Shown piece by piece: positions 7,352 through 16,846 of a stretch of 16,988 bases of DNA (position 1 is the first letter of the stretch; each line of letters opens with the position of its first letter). The stretch is taken from contig JBIKWF010000100.1 in assembly GCA_044356455.1 (NCBI GenBank), positions 1 through 16,988 on the forward strand, read 5' to 3'. The notes beneath the pieces were generated by a model. The model was not told the DNA's origin. It saw only the letters and a list, made by a program, of their open reading frames with translations, and ran no database searches. The translations under genes and the position numbers were made by a program. Origin of the DNA: Bdellovibrionota bacterium (GTDB lineage: Bacteria > Bdellovibrionota_C > UBA2361 > JBGSMV01).

Positions 7352-8192
7352 CGCTCTGGTAGTGAGCAGAAGCCCAGAAGAGTTAGGTGCCCTTGAGGCG
7401 CTCACTCGATCTGCGGGGTGGCGCGTGAAGTCGTGCTTGGAAACCGAGGTTGCTGAGGAGTGGGCAAGACTTAAACCATTTGGGGTCCTGATCGTAGACC
7501 CCACAATCTCGATTCAGGAACAGCTCAAGATTGCGGGCGCTCTATGGGCGAAGAACCCTGTGGCGCCGTTCTTCTCAGTCCAACATGAAAATCGTGCTGA
7601 GACGAAGAAGGGAGAGCGAGAAAAGGGGGAGCGGCTCTTCGGTGCAGAGGTAATTCGCGGACCTCGCGCTCATCAGGAGTTGCAGACTCAGCTAGAGGAA
7701 CTTGCCCGTGAGCGTCAGGACGAAGCGCTGCCTTCTCTAAAAATTATGGTCGTTGAAGACCTCGACGCACCAAGAGACATCATCTGCTCGTATGTTGAAA
7801 GCATGGGATATGCGGTGGTGAAAGACGAGCGCTCGGCTGCTCAGGCGTTAAGCCACCTCGAGCTTGATCCTGCGTCTGTCACTTGCATTATCACGGACAT
7901 TCGAATGCCCGACATGAATGGCAAACAGCTCATCGAGATTGTTCGCCAGCATCCCAAGTTACAGCACTTACCTGTCATTGTACTCACCGCCTATGGAACT
8001 GCAGATATGCTTGTCGACTGCCTCAAGGCTGGAGCAAGTGGATTCCTAACAAAGCCACCCAAAAAGGCAGACTTGGTGCGAGAGCTCGCGCGAGCGCAGC
8101 GCATTAATCGTCGTAAAAAGAGCCCAAGATTGGCTACGAGTGGTGAGGCAGACGCCCTAAGAGAGATCTTGCTGGAACGTGGTTTTGTATAG
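7344..8192 (+). CDS. Response regulator: degenerate N-terminal receiver plus intact C-terminal receiver, no output domain
   Basis: AAGGA 8 nt before GTG 7344, which overlaps the Hpt stop (GTGCCTGA). C-terminal REC has IMVVED, ITDIRMPDMNG, VLTA and FLTKP. Confidence 0.88.
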   Translation: MPDALVVSRSPEELGALEALTRSAGWRVKSCLETEVAEEWARLKPFGVLIVDPTISIQEQLKIAGALWAKNPVAPFFSVQHENRAETKKGEREKGERLFGAEVIRGPRAHQELQTQLEELARERQDEALPSLKIMVVEDLDAPRDIICSYVESMGYAVVKDERSAAQALSHLELDPASVTCIITDIRMPDMNGKQLIEIVRQHPKLQHLPVIVLTAYGTADMLVDCLKAGASGFLTKPPKKADLVRELARAQRINRRKKSPRLATSGEADALREILLERGFV

Positions 8193-8281
8193 CGCGCTGC
8201 GTTGGAGGACGTTGTTTTAAATGCGGCGAAACCAACGAAGTCTCATGGGCCCGTCGGGATCCCCTAAGATGTAACGGTGAG
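8190..8281. repeat. Family C element, degenerate partial copy in inverted orientation
   Basis: CCAACGAAGTCTCATGGGCCCGTCGGGATCCCCTAAGATGTAACGG aligns with the reverse complement of about 5381-5427 (CCAACGCAGTCTCACGGACCCGTCAGGGATCCCGTGAGACATGACGG). It begins at the TAG stop of the regulator. Confidence 0.7.
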
Positions 8282-8438
8282 GAATTCGAGAGGATATTTT
8301 TTTGAGAGGCAGTCTGCGTCTCAGCGAAGAATTCCCTTTAGTTTTGCTCCTTGGGTACCCGAATACCCCCTTGTGCGCATGAAGCTTGAGAGCGCTCTGC
8401 TTCTAAAGCCAATCTTAGTTCTTGGATGCAAAAATCAT

Positions 8439-9200
8439 ATGAACATGCGAATTATCAAACGAGTCTTTCTCTGCGCCTTCCTGGCAGGAGCTCTCCATAG
8501 CGAGTACGTTCTTGCAAATAGCGATACCACCGAATCAACCCCACCGGAGGTAGCACTGAAGCTCCTTAAGGAAGGGAATCTTAGATTTGTGGCCCACAAG
8601 TCCCTCGATACCCACGAATCCATGGAAAGGGTCTGGGAGGTCAGCAAGGGGCAGCATCCATTTGCCATTATTCTTTCCTGCGCCGATTCGCGTGTTCCCC
8701 CGGAACTCATTTTTGATCAGGGTATCGGTGATCTCTTTGTGGTGAGGGAAGCCGGCAACAATGGTGGCCAGTTTGCCATCGCAAGCATCGAGTATGCGGT
8801 GGAGCATCTGGGAGCTAAGCTGATCGTCGTGCTCGGCCATACGAGTTGTGGTGCGGTTAAGGCAGCTCTCTCGACTCCCAAGGGCAGCTCAGCTGGCTCC
8901 CCAGCCTTGGATGCTTTGGTGAGCCATCTTCAAATTGGACTTAAAGGGCATGCAATTGAGGCCTCGGATCCTGGTCTTTTCGCCCCGGTATCTGCGAATG
9001 TGTCCGCGGCTGCTTCTGACCTTCTTAAGAGCTCCCCGATTCTTGAGGAGCACGTTGCGAAAGGCACCGTTAAAATTGCCCAGGCGGTTTACGATCTGAA
9101 GTCGGGTAGGGTCTCGTTCCTCTCTGAGGGATTCTCTTCCCCACGTTCTGAGTCCCCAGCGGATCACCTCCATGAGGCAGGCCTGCGTGCCGCGCACTGA
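8439..9200 (+). CDS. Beta-class carbonic anhydrase with probable Sec signal peptide
   Basis: LKEGNLRF, CADSRVPPE, GDLFVVR, SIEYAV and GHTSCGAV carry the Cys/His/Cys zinc ligands. The N-terminus MNMRIIKRVFLCAFLAGAL...VLA looks like a signal peptide. Start ATG 8439 or 8445. Confidence 0.93.
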   Translation: MNMRIIKRVFLCAFLAGALHSEYVLANSDTTESTPPEVALKLLKEGNLRFVAHKSLDTHESMERVWEVSKGQHPFAIILSCADSRVPPELIFDQGIGDLFVVREAGNNGGQFAIASIEYAVEHLGAKLIVVLGHTSCGAVKAALSTPKGSSAGSPALDALVSHLQIGLKGHAIEASDPGLFAPVSANVSAAASDLLKSSPILEEHVAKGTVKIAQAVYDLKSGRVSFLSEGFSSPRSESPADHLHEAGLRAAH

Positions 9201-9228
9201 GACTGCTACTGGTGGTCCATAAATCGGC

Positions 9229-9343
9229 TAGGAGTCTGTCCCGTAGAAAGATAAATCTTCATTTTGGACACAATCCGTAGGTAGGCTGTCCCGTCACCAC
9301 CACAACATGCAGTGGTAGAATTTTTCTACGGGACAGACTCCTA
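9229..9343. mobile_element. Family A MITE-like element, copy 2
   Basis: Perfect 22-nt inverted termini CTAGGAGTCTGTCCCGTAGAAA (9228-9249 / 9323-9344). The right-hand CTA is the metH stop codon. Confidence 0.9.
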
Positions 9344-12300
9344 GGCGTAGTTCAAGTTTGGCGCGAGCCACTTCTCGGCCTCTGCTACTGCCATACCCTT
9401 GCGCACCGCGTAGTCTTCAACCTGGTCCTTGCTAATTCTACCGAGACCAAAGTAGTGCGATTGAGGGTGAGAGAAGTAGTACCCAGAAATCGCGGCTGCC
9501 GGATACATGGCGAAATTCTCGGTGAGCTGAACTCCCACATTTCGCTCCGCATCAAGGAGCGCGAAAAGCTTGCGCTTCTCGGTGTGGTCGGGGCAGGCCG
9601 GGTAGCCTGGGGCGGGCCGAATGCCTTGGTATTGTTCCTTGATGAGCTCGCGGTTCGTAAGGGCCTCATTCTTCGCGTATCCCCATAATTCACTACGGAC
9701 GATACCGTGCAAACTTTCGGCGAAGGCCTCAGCGAGCCGGTCAGCGAGGGCCTTAATCATGATGCTACTGTAGTCATCGAACTCTTTTTCGAAGCGTTCA
9801 ACAATGCGCTCGATGCCCGCCCCGGCAGTTACTACAAAAGCGCCTACATAGTCGGTAAGACCCGTCTCCTTTGGCGCGATAAAATCGGAGAGTGCCAAAT
9901 TCGACTGGCTATCAGTTTTGCGAGATTGCTGGCGAAGTGTGGAGAGACGGCAAACCACGGAGCTGCGCTTTTCGTCGCTGTAAACTTCGATGTCATCGCC
10001 TACGCTGTTGGCGGGGAAAAGACCCGCAATGCCGTGCGCGCTGATGAGTTTTTCATCCACAATTCGACGCAGCATAAGTTTCGCATCGTCGAATAACTGC
10101 CGCGCCTGCTTTCCAAAATTAGGCGAGTTGAATATGGCGGGGTAACTTCCTTTGAGCTCCCACGCCATAAAAAACGGAGTCCAGTCAATTGACTCAATAA
10201 GTGATTCGACCGGGAAGTCCCGGTACACGCTCACCCCTGGTTTGAGAGGTGCGGGTGGAGTGTAGGAATTCCAATCGATTTTAAGACGGTTGGCTCGCAC
10301 TTCAGCAAGAGGAGCGTATTCTCGCGACGAGTGCCTCGATTTATGATCTTCGCGCAAGAGACCGTAGTCTCTCGCAATTTCTGCCTTGAATGCATCTCGC
10401 TGATCCGGGCTCAAGAGACTTCCCACCACCGGCACCGACCGCGATGCGTCCGTTACATGCACCGTGGGTCCGCTGTATTCCGGCGCAACTTTTACGGCCG
10501 TGTGGCGCTTTGAGGTTGTCGCGCCCCCAATTAAAAGTGGCAAAGTAAATTTGCGCTTCTCCATTTCTCTGGCGACAAAAACCATCTCATCCAGTGAGGG
10601 AGTAATGAGGCCGCTTAATCCCACGATATCGGCCTTTTTCGACTCAACGGCGTCTAAAATAGTATGGCTTGAAACCATCACGCCGAGGTCAATTACTTCG
10701 TAGCCGTTGCACGATAAAACAACCCCTACGATGTTCTTGCCAATGTCATGGACGTCGCCCTTTACGGTAGCAAGCACAATGCGGGCGGCTTTGCGCGTGT
10801 CTGCGTTCTTCGCCTTCTCAGCCTCCATGTAGGGCATAAGGTGCGCCACGGCGCGCTTCATAACGCGGGCACTTTTTACGACTTGAGGTAGGAACATTTT
10901 GCCTGCGCCGAAGAGGTCGCCGACAACATTCATTCCCGCCATGAGTGGGCCCTCAATCACAGAAAGGGGCTTATCATAGTTTTTGCGAGCTTCTTCCGTA
11001 TCAAGGTCGATGAAATCTACAATTCCCTTGATCAGTGCATAGGAAAGGCGCTCATCAACAGGTTTCGTCCGCCAGTCATCTTTCGCCACTTGAATTGCGC
11101 CGCTCTCGTGGTGTTTTACCGTTTCGGCAAAACTCACCAGTCGCTCCGCCGCATCAGGGCGTTTGTTGAGCAGCACGTCTTCAACCATGGTGCGGAGTTC
11201 TTCGGGGACGTCTTCGTACACGGCGAGCTGGCCCGCGTTAACGATTCCCATATCAAGTCCTGCACGGATTGCGTGATAGAGAAACGCCGAGTGCATGGCT
11301 TCGCGAATTACATCATTTCCACGGAACGAGAAGGAGATGTTGCTAACTCCACCACTTACTTTCGCTTCGGGGAGGTTGTCCTTTATCCAGCGAGTCGCTT
11401 TCATAAAAGCAACGGCGTAGCCGTTGTGCTCTTCTATGCCCGTGGCAACAGTAAGAATGTTGGGGTCAAAAATAATATCCTCACGCGGGAAGCCAATTTC
11501 CTCGGTGAGAATGCGATAGGCTCGCTCACAAACCGCTATCTTACGCTCAAAACTGTCCGCTTGGCCCTGCTCATCAAACGCCATTACGACTACGGCAGCG
11601 CCATACTGGCGAATTTTTCGGGCCTGCTCCTTAAAAACTGCTTCGCCTTCTTTAAGACTAATTGAATTAACAATGCCTTTGCCCTGAATGCACTGCAGCC
11701 CCGCCTCAAGCACTGACCACTTTGAGGAATCCACCATGACGGGGACGCGCGAGATGTCGGGCTCAGAAGCGATGAAGTTAAGAAAGCGCTTCATGAGCTG
11801 CTCGGAATCGAGGAGCCCTTCATCGAGGTTAATGTCGATTACCTGAGCGCCTCCGTCGACTTGGCCTTTCGCGACCTGCAGGGCTCCATCCCACTGATCT
11901 TCCTTAATCATCTTGGCGAACTTGCGTGAGCCAGTGACGTTCGTTCGCTCACCGATGTTTACGAAGTTGCTAAGAGAGTTGACGACCAAAGGCTCAAGTC
12001 CACTTAACTGCAATCCCGGACGCCTCTTGGGCGAGGTACGAAGTTTTGGTTTCCGGTCGGCAAGGAGACGCGCAAGTTCTTGCGTATGCTCCGGAGTAGT
12101 GCCGCAGCAGCCACCGACGATATTAACCGAGTTATCGGTGAGAAACTCCCCGATCTGTTCAGCAAATTCACGGGGAGTCTGATCGTATTCTCCAAACTCA
12201 TTGGGCAGTCCCGCATTTGGATAGGCGCTCACCGCGGTGTCTGCAACGCGGGAGAGCTCGTGCAGGAATGGCCTCATTTGCTTGGCGCCGAGCGCACAGT

Positions 12301-13030
12301 TGAGGCCTACGCTAAGAAGGGACGGAGCGTGGGAGATAGAGATCCAAAATGCCTCGGTAGTCTGCCCAGAAAGGGTGCGGCCACTCTGGTCGGTGATGGT
12401 CCCGGAGACCATCACCGGCAATCGTACTCCCGAAAGGCGCTCCTCTTCGCTAATTGCGTAAAGTGCGGCTTTTGCATTGAGGGTATCAAAGATGGTTTCA
12501 ACGAGTAGGATATCCGCGCCTCCGTCTCGGAGGCCCCTAATACATTCTTGGTAGCCACTGACTAATTCGGAGAAGGAAATAGCGCGATAGCTTGGATCTG
12601 CGACGTTCGGAGAAATTGAAGCCGTGCGGTTTGTTGGGCCAAGAGCGCCTGCAACAAAGCGCGGCTTTTCGGAGTCCTTCCTGGAGAACTCGCGGGCAGC
12701 TGCTTTTGCAAGGGCCGCGCCTTCCTTATTCAGCTCATAGGAGCAGCTTTCGGTGCCATACTCGGCTTGAGAGACGTGATTACTGATAAAGGTGTTGGTG
12801 ACAATAATGTCGGCCCCCGCAGCCAGAGTCTTGGAGTGGATTTCTCGGATTATTTCTGGCTGAGAGAGGGTCAGAATATCGGTATTTCCCTTCAGGTCCT
12901 TTGCCAGGTCCGTAAAGCGGGTTCCTCGATATTCTTTCTCTGAAAGCTTGTAGGTTTGGACCTGAGTGCCCATCCCACCGCCGAAGATGAGAGTGCGGGA
13001 GCGAAGTAGTATCTTAAGTTGTTCAAGCAT
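9341..13030 (-). CDS. metH: Cobalamin-dependent methionine synthase
   Basis: 1229 aa. Hcy domain (GLNCALG, GGCCG), pterin domain ([10 protein letters not shown]), cap ([16 protein letters not shown]), B12-binding GDVHDIGKN, and activation domain ([12 protein letters not shown]). Confidence 0.99.
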   Translation of the reverse strand: MLEQLKILLRSRTLIFGGGMGTQVQTYKLSEKEYRGTRFTDLAKDLKGNTDILTLSQPEIIREIHSKTLAAGADIIVTNTFISNHVSQAEYGTESCSYELNKEGAALAKAAAREFSRKDSEKPRFVAGALGPTNRTASISPNVADPSYRAISFSELVSGYQECIRGLRDGGADILLVETIFDTLNAKAALYAISEEERLSGVRLPVMVSGTITDQSGRTLSGQTTEAFWISISHAPSLLSVGLNCALGAKQMRPFLHELSRVADTAVSAYPNAGLPNEFGEYDQTPREFAEQIGEFLTDNSVNIVGGCCGTTPEHTQELARLLADRKPKLRTSPKRRPGLQLSGLEPLVVNSLSNFVNIGERTNVTGSRKFAKMIKEDQWDGALQVAKGQVDGGAQVIDINLDEGLLDSEQLMKRFLNFIASEPDISRVPVMVDSSKWSVLEAGLQCIQGKGIVNSISLKEGEAVFKEQARKIRQYGAAVVVMAFDEQGQADSFERKIAVCERAYRILTEEIGFPREDIIFDPNILTVATGIEEHNGYAVAFMKATRWIKDNLPEAKVSGGVSNISFSFRGNDVIREAMHSAFLYHAIRAGLDMGIVNAGQLAVYEDVPEELRTMVEDVLLNKRPDAAERLVSFAETVKHHESGAIQVAKDDWRTKPVDERLSYALIKGIVDFIDLDTEEARKNYDKPLSVIEGPLMAGMNVVGDLFGAGKMFLPQVVKSARVMKRAVAHLMPYMEAEKAKNADTRKAARIVLATVKGDVHDIGKNIVGVVLSCNGYEVIDLGVMVSSHTILDAVESKKADIVGLSGLITPSLDEMVFVAREMEKRKFTLPLLIGGATTSKRHTAVKVAPEYSGPTVHVTDASRSVPVVGSLLSPDQRDAFKAEIARDYGLLREDHKSRHSSREYAPLAEVRANRLKIDWNSYTPPAPLKPGVSVYRDFPVESLIESIDWTPFFMAWELKGSYPAIFNSPNFGKQARQLFDDAKLMLRRIVDEKLISAHGIAGLFPANSVGDDIEVYSDEKRSSVVCRLSTLRQQSRKTDSQSNLALSDFIAPKETGLTDYVGAFVVTAGAGIERIVERFEKEFDDYSSIMIKALADRLAEAFAESLHGIVRSELWGYAKNEALTNRELIKEQYQGIRPAPGYPACPDHTEKRKLFALLDAERNVGVQLTENFAMYPAAAISGYYFSHPQSHYFGLGRISKDQVEDYAVRKGMAVAEAEKWLAPNLNYA

Positions 13031-13129
13031 GTTGCCCTCGATTCTACAGAGATTTGCGAGGATTGCGAGTCCTAACGACGACTCTCAGTGAGTAGCTCCG
13101 AGGAGCTGCCGCGCCGAGAGGCTTCGCTG

Positions 13130-13804
13130 CTACTCGCCTACGCTCCCAAAGTGGCGAATGAGAGCAACTGCCTGCTGGGCTTCGATGTTCGACCGGCTCT
13201 CGAGATGTCTAATAACTCGCTCTTGGCAGCCTTGGTCTAGGTGCTGTAGTGCCATGAGCTGATGGGTCAAGACCTCTTGAATCACAAGACGGAAGAAGAA
13301 GATTTTAGCGAGGAGTTCGCGAAGATATGCGGATTCCAAATCCGCTGTCTTAAAGGGAGAGGAGATTTGATAGTATTGTTGTTTCGCCAGTCGCACGCGG
13401 TCCAGGGACTGAATGGCCTCCGGGGTAGCATGCGGCACGACCTCAAGGCGCCCTCTTAGCTCAAAGACTAATTTAGTCTCAGTAGGGGCGTGCGGTGGCC
13501 TCCGTATCCAATGAGGATCCACGTAGTGCTCGCCAATTCGAAAAACAAAGCTCGCGGGTAGTGAGTGGATTGCGGCTTCGAGGACTTCGCCGCGCGAACG
13601 CGGGAGGTGGCTCTCAAGAGTTGCCGTCCCATCAGCGAGCCGGGTGACGATAACAGGAACGGAAAGAGAGGAGGCAGCTGCACGCACCTCCCCGACTGAT
13701 ACCAGAGCATTTGACCCTGGAATCCAGGCGAGCGCATCCTCGAGAGTAAGCTGCCGGGGGGCGGTAGCGGCCGATTCTGAAGTGAATGAAGATTCTAGGG
13801 CCAT
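13130..13804 (-). CDS. Divergent PaiB-like (FMN/heme-binding split barrel) protein
   Basis: LESHLPR, HYVDPHW, HAPT and YLRELLAKIFFFRLVI...ERVIRHLE parallel the PaiB motifs GHLAR, HAYISPSWY, VPT and Y..LL.GIVGF.I...DR..VI..L. Confidence 0.6.
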   Translation of the reverse strand: MALESSFTSESAATAPRQLTLEDALAWIPGSNALVSVGEVRAAASSLSVPVIVTRLADGTATLESHLPRSRGEVLEAAIHSLPASFVFRIGEHYVDPHWIRRPPHAPTETKLVFELRGRLEVVPHATPEAIQSLDRVRLAKQQYYQISSPFKTADLESAYLRELLAKIFFFRLVIQEVLTHQLMALQHLDQGCQERVIRHLESRSNIEAQQAVALIRHFGSVGE

Positions 13805-13988
13805 AGTGCAAAAGTGGCTTTAAGAAATGATAACCATAAGGCATGGCTACTACTCGAATAGAGCCCTACGAGAATCTCCTAAGATGCAGTACGCCGTGTC
13901 CCAAGAACCTTGACGGTCTCTTTCGTACCAAAAGAGGCTCCAATCATCATCCTCTCTAACCGGTCTGACGAACTGGATAGGTGAAAGG

Positions 13989-14015
13989 TTAAGGCGTTTC
14001 TCAAGAGACCGAATG
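13989..14015 (+). promoter_or_regulatory. Putative sigma28-type promoter
   Basis: TTAAG-N14-ACCGAATG about 95 nt upstream of ATG 14110. Confidence 0.3.
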
Positions 14016-14109
14016 GTCTTTAGCTGATGCGAGCAGGCGATGCAATCATCACGTCGCTACAGGTGAGAAAAGAGCTTGGGCTCGAGGTTGTTGGAGTTGG
14101 AGGGGTAGC

Positions 14110-14433
14110 ATGATTAGGTTTGGAGTTTCCTTTGTTGCGTGGATGGTTTTTGGAAACTGGGTCTACGACGAGGTCAAGGTTTCTTTCCCCGCGGCGGTCC
14201 CCGCCATTGACTCCGCCATGGACGCGATAGCAATTCCCACTCACGACCAGTGGGACAAGAAGAAGATTGTTTCAGCAGTCAATCAAGTTGGGACGGCGCT
14301 CAATAAACTGGGAGTTCCCAGTTTTCCTGAACTTGCGGATATCGAGCTTGCTCTAGGAGCTCCAGGAGTGGGGGATAAGGTGAAGCAAGCGCGTGCCTCG
14401 CAAGCGGATAGGCAGGGCTTTGAGCGCTTTTAA
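14110..14433 (+). CDS. Small hypothetical membrane-anchored/exported protein
   Basis: GGAGG RBS, a hydrophobic N-terminus, a double TAATAA stop and a downstream terminator. Confidence 0.7.
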   Translation: MIRFGVSFVAWMVFGNWVYDEVKVSFPAAVPAIDSAMDAIAIPTHDQWDKKKIVSAVNQVGTALNKLGVPSFPELADIELALGAPGVGDKVKQARASQADRQGFERF

Positions 14434-14489
14434 TAAGGCATCTCAGAGATGCAGTGTGAGCGACGTTCCTAAAATCTGAGAAAGCACGA

Positions 14490-14537
14490 GCGGCACGAAG
14501 GGATATGCGGAATATCCTTTCGTGCCGCTTCTTTTTT
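14490..14537 (+). terminator. Rho-independent terminator between convergent genes
   Basis: 17-bp stem GCGGCACGAAGGGATAT / ATATCCTTTCGTGCCGC (one G-U), a 5-nt loop, then TTCTTTTTT. It abuts the htpX stop. Confidence 0.8.
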
Positions 14538-15420
14538 ACTCCCTAAAGTTCTTAAGCGCCTCGATGCGGTCCTCAAGGGCGGGATGCGAAGAGAATAGCG
14601 CAAGAGCTCCCATGCGTTTGCCGCTGATCTTCATCGTGGCCAGTGACGCGTGCGGCTCCCCGACTTGTGCGTATTCTTGCGTGCGCTTTAGGAACTCAAG
14701 AGCGCGAATCATTTTCTCGCGGCCCACAAGCTTTGCGGCTCCCGCGTCGGCATGAAACTCTCGCTTTCTGGAGAATGCCATTACCACCATCGAGCCAAGA
14801 ATGCTGAGCAAGATGTCCAGCACAATGGTAACGAGCATTCTTACCAAAGCAGCCTGCTCTTCCTTTACTGCCTGCGACGCGGCGAATCCGATGACGCGCG
14901 CAAGGAACATCACGAAGCTATTCACCACACCTTGCAAGAGCGTCATGGTGACCATGTCGCCATTGCGAATGTGGGCAACCTCGTGTGCGGCGACGCCTTC
15001 GAGCTCCGTGCGATCCATGCTTTGGATAATTCCGGAAGAGAAGGCAACGAGAGCGCGGCTCTTGGTGGGGCCGGTTGCAAAAGCATTTATCTCGGGGCTG
15101 TCGTAAACTCCCACTTCGGGGGTGGGGAGGCCCGACGTTTGCGCGATGCGCTCAACCATAGTGTGGAGCCACGCAAGTTCTGGGTGGCTCGATGGGGTGA
15201 TGACCTTCACTCCCATCATCCACTTGGCCATGATTCGTGAGATGGCAAGCGAGATGAAGGAGCCGGCAAAACCCCATACCAAACAGAACGCCAGAAGCGC
15301 CTCGTAGTCAATTCCGGAGGAAGTGAGATAAGGGCGGACGCCAAGGACGTTAAGCAAAATAGAGATCGTGGTAACGATCAGGATGTTGGTGGCAAGGAAA
15401 AGAAAAATTCTCTTCAACAT
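14536..15420 (-). CDS. htpX: Membrane zinc metalloprotease HtpX (M48B)
   Basis: KRIFLFLATN N-terminus, INAFATG, AHEVAHIRNGDMVTMTL, FSRKREFHAD, and SHPALEDRI. Confidence 0.97.
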   Translation of the reverse strand: MLKRIFLFLATNILIVTTISILLNVLGVRPYLTSSGIDYEALLAFCLVWGFAGSFISLAISRIMAKWMMGVKVITPSSHPELAWLHTMVERIAQTSGLPTPEVGVYDSPEINAFATGPTKSRALVAFSSGIIQSMDRTELEGVAAHEVAHIRNGDMVTMTLLQGVVNSFVMFLARVIGFAASQAVKEEQAALVRMLVTIVLDILLSILGSMVVMAFSRKREFHADAGAAKLVGREKMIRALEFLKRTQEYAQVGEPHASLATMKISGKRMGALALFSSHPALEDRIEALKNFRE

Positions 15421-15911
15421 AAGGTAAAACTCTCCACGAAAGAAAAATCGACTTGGCTGCGCGCCTCTCCAAAACCCGACAACACGAGTTTAGGATTGTC
15501 AGCCAGCTCGGGCGAAATGCCCTCTCAAACTTGAATAGCACGCTCAGAAATAGTAATCACTTTTTTCTCTATTTCAATATCGATTGTGCTCCAATTGCAC
15601 CCTTTTCTGGCAGTGTACCTCGATGGCATTTTCAGCACAAACGCCATTTATATTGGCTCTTGTGGGCTAGTTATATATCGAGTTGCGGCACGATTCCGAT
15701 ACATAGATAAAAACGATGATAAACTCTCGAATGAGAAATGTAGCGCACGGAATCTTTAGATGAATATTCAACTCCATTTTTATTTTTCTCGCTAGTTGCG
15801 AGTGAACTGTCGACGCTCTCTTTGTCCGAGGCGTAGGATAGCTCACATGAACGCAGAGCCGAGTGTGACTCTCGTGCGAGGAGCGTTCCGTATCAAAAGG
15901 GAAGGAAACAT

Positions 15912-16805
15912 ATGGTTGCTGTAGCAAAAGAATATATTTCAAATCGGGTGCGTGCATGCGTGGCAGGAGCTGCCATTCTTGCAGGTTGTCTTGGCGCTTC
16001 GTCTGCACGTGCAGAGACCTTGGACGATATGATTTCGCCAGTCTCGAACCCTGTAAACTTCGAAGATCCGCGCATCATGAGCGATGTGAGACCGATATTT
16101 TTGTACCACAAGCTCTCCGAGGATTTTGTAACGCAGGGCGGCGATGTGAGAATTTTTGCATTACAAGCTCGTCTCAAACTAACCGACAATCTCGCTTTTA
16201 TTGCGACGAAGGATGGCTGGGTAGATTTTAATCCTGATGCGGTTCTTAACGATGAGAGCGGTATTGCGGATGTCGGAGTCGGTTTCAAGTACGCTTTCTA
16301 TCAGGACGTGGCAGCTGGCCAAATCTTCACTGGCGGACTTCGCTATGAAATTCCTGTGGGAGATGAAGACGTTCTTCAAGGGCAAGGAGACGGGGTTTTC
16401 AATCCCTTCGTCAGCGGCGCAGTTGCTCTTGGCCCAGTTAATGTCATGGCAGCAACGGGGTTCCGCCTACCCATCTCAGATGGAGATAGCACCTTCTATG
16501 ACTTGGACTTACATGTCGATACGAAGCTTGGCTGGTTCTATCCTCTTGTGGAATTTAATCTTGTTCATGTCATGGACGCAGGGAACAGACTTCCTATTGC
16601 GGATGAAGGCCAGGATTTCTTCAACTTTGGAGCCTCGAACTCTGAAGGTGAGAACATGATTACGATGGCAATTGGTGCGAGAGCGAAGCTTTCTGATTCG
16701 CTTTCACTTGGACTTGCCTATCAGTTCCCGCTTGATAAGAGTGAAGGTTCGCGCGTAACTGATTGGAGAGTTACCACTGACCTCATTTATAATTTCACGA
16801 TCTAG
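15912..16805 (+). CDS. Putative outer-membrane beta-barrel protein (transporter-like)
   Basis: RBS GAAGGA and a signal peptide ending ARA-E. Alternating amphipathic strands (GIADVGVGFKY, GGLRYEIP, GLAYQFPL) and a C-terminal DLIYNF. Confidence 0.75.
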   Translation: MVAVAKEYISNRVRACVAGAAILAGCLGASSARAETLDDMISPVSNPVNFEDPRIMSDVRPIFLYHKLSEDFVTQGGDVRIFALQARLKLTDNLAFIATKDGWVDFNPDAVLNDESGIADVGVGFKYAFYQDVAAGQIFTGGLRYEIPVGDEDVLQGQGDGVFNPFVSGAVALGPVNVMAATGFRLPISDGDSTFYDLDLHVDTKLGWFYPLVEFNLVHVMDAGNRLPIADEGQDFFNFGASNSEGENMITMAIGARAKLSDSLSLGLAYQFPLDKSEGSRVTDWRVTTDLIYNFTI

Positions 16806-16846
16806 TTTTTCAGTTCGCCCTCGTTACCTGATACCTCCACGGGTGC

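Noticed and set aside
8277..8438. 54-aa N-terminal extension of the carbonic anhydrase
   Set aside because: The GTG lies at the end of the family C remnant, and the extension would bury the signal peptide.
9385..12786. Multiple ORFs overlapping metH (e.g. 11090-11665 +)
   Set aside because: These are antisense or alternate-frame shadows of a highly conserved gene. The same applies to the ORFs overlapping htpX, the ligase gene and the barrel gene.
13031..13129. SAM or cobalamin riboswitch upstream of metH
   Set aside because: The gap is only about 100 bp and has no recognisable aptamer motifs. It contains only small hairpins and a possible TAGAAT -10 (13041-13046) without a convincing -35.
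15525..15560. CIRCE/HAIR heat-shock operator upstream of htpX (CTTGAATAGCACGCTCAG)
   Set aside because: Only one half-site resembles either consensus. The spacing and the second arm do not fit.
15453..16008. ORFs 15453-15710 (+) and 15667-16008 (-)
   Set aside because: They lie in the AT-rich divergent promoter region, show no protein-like features and have no clear RBS.
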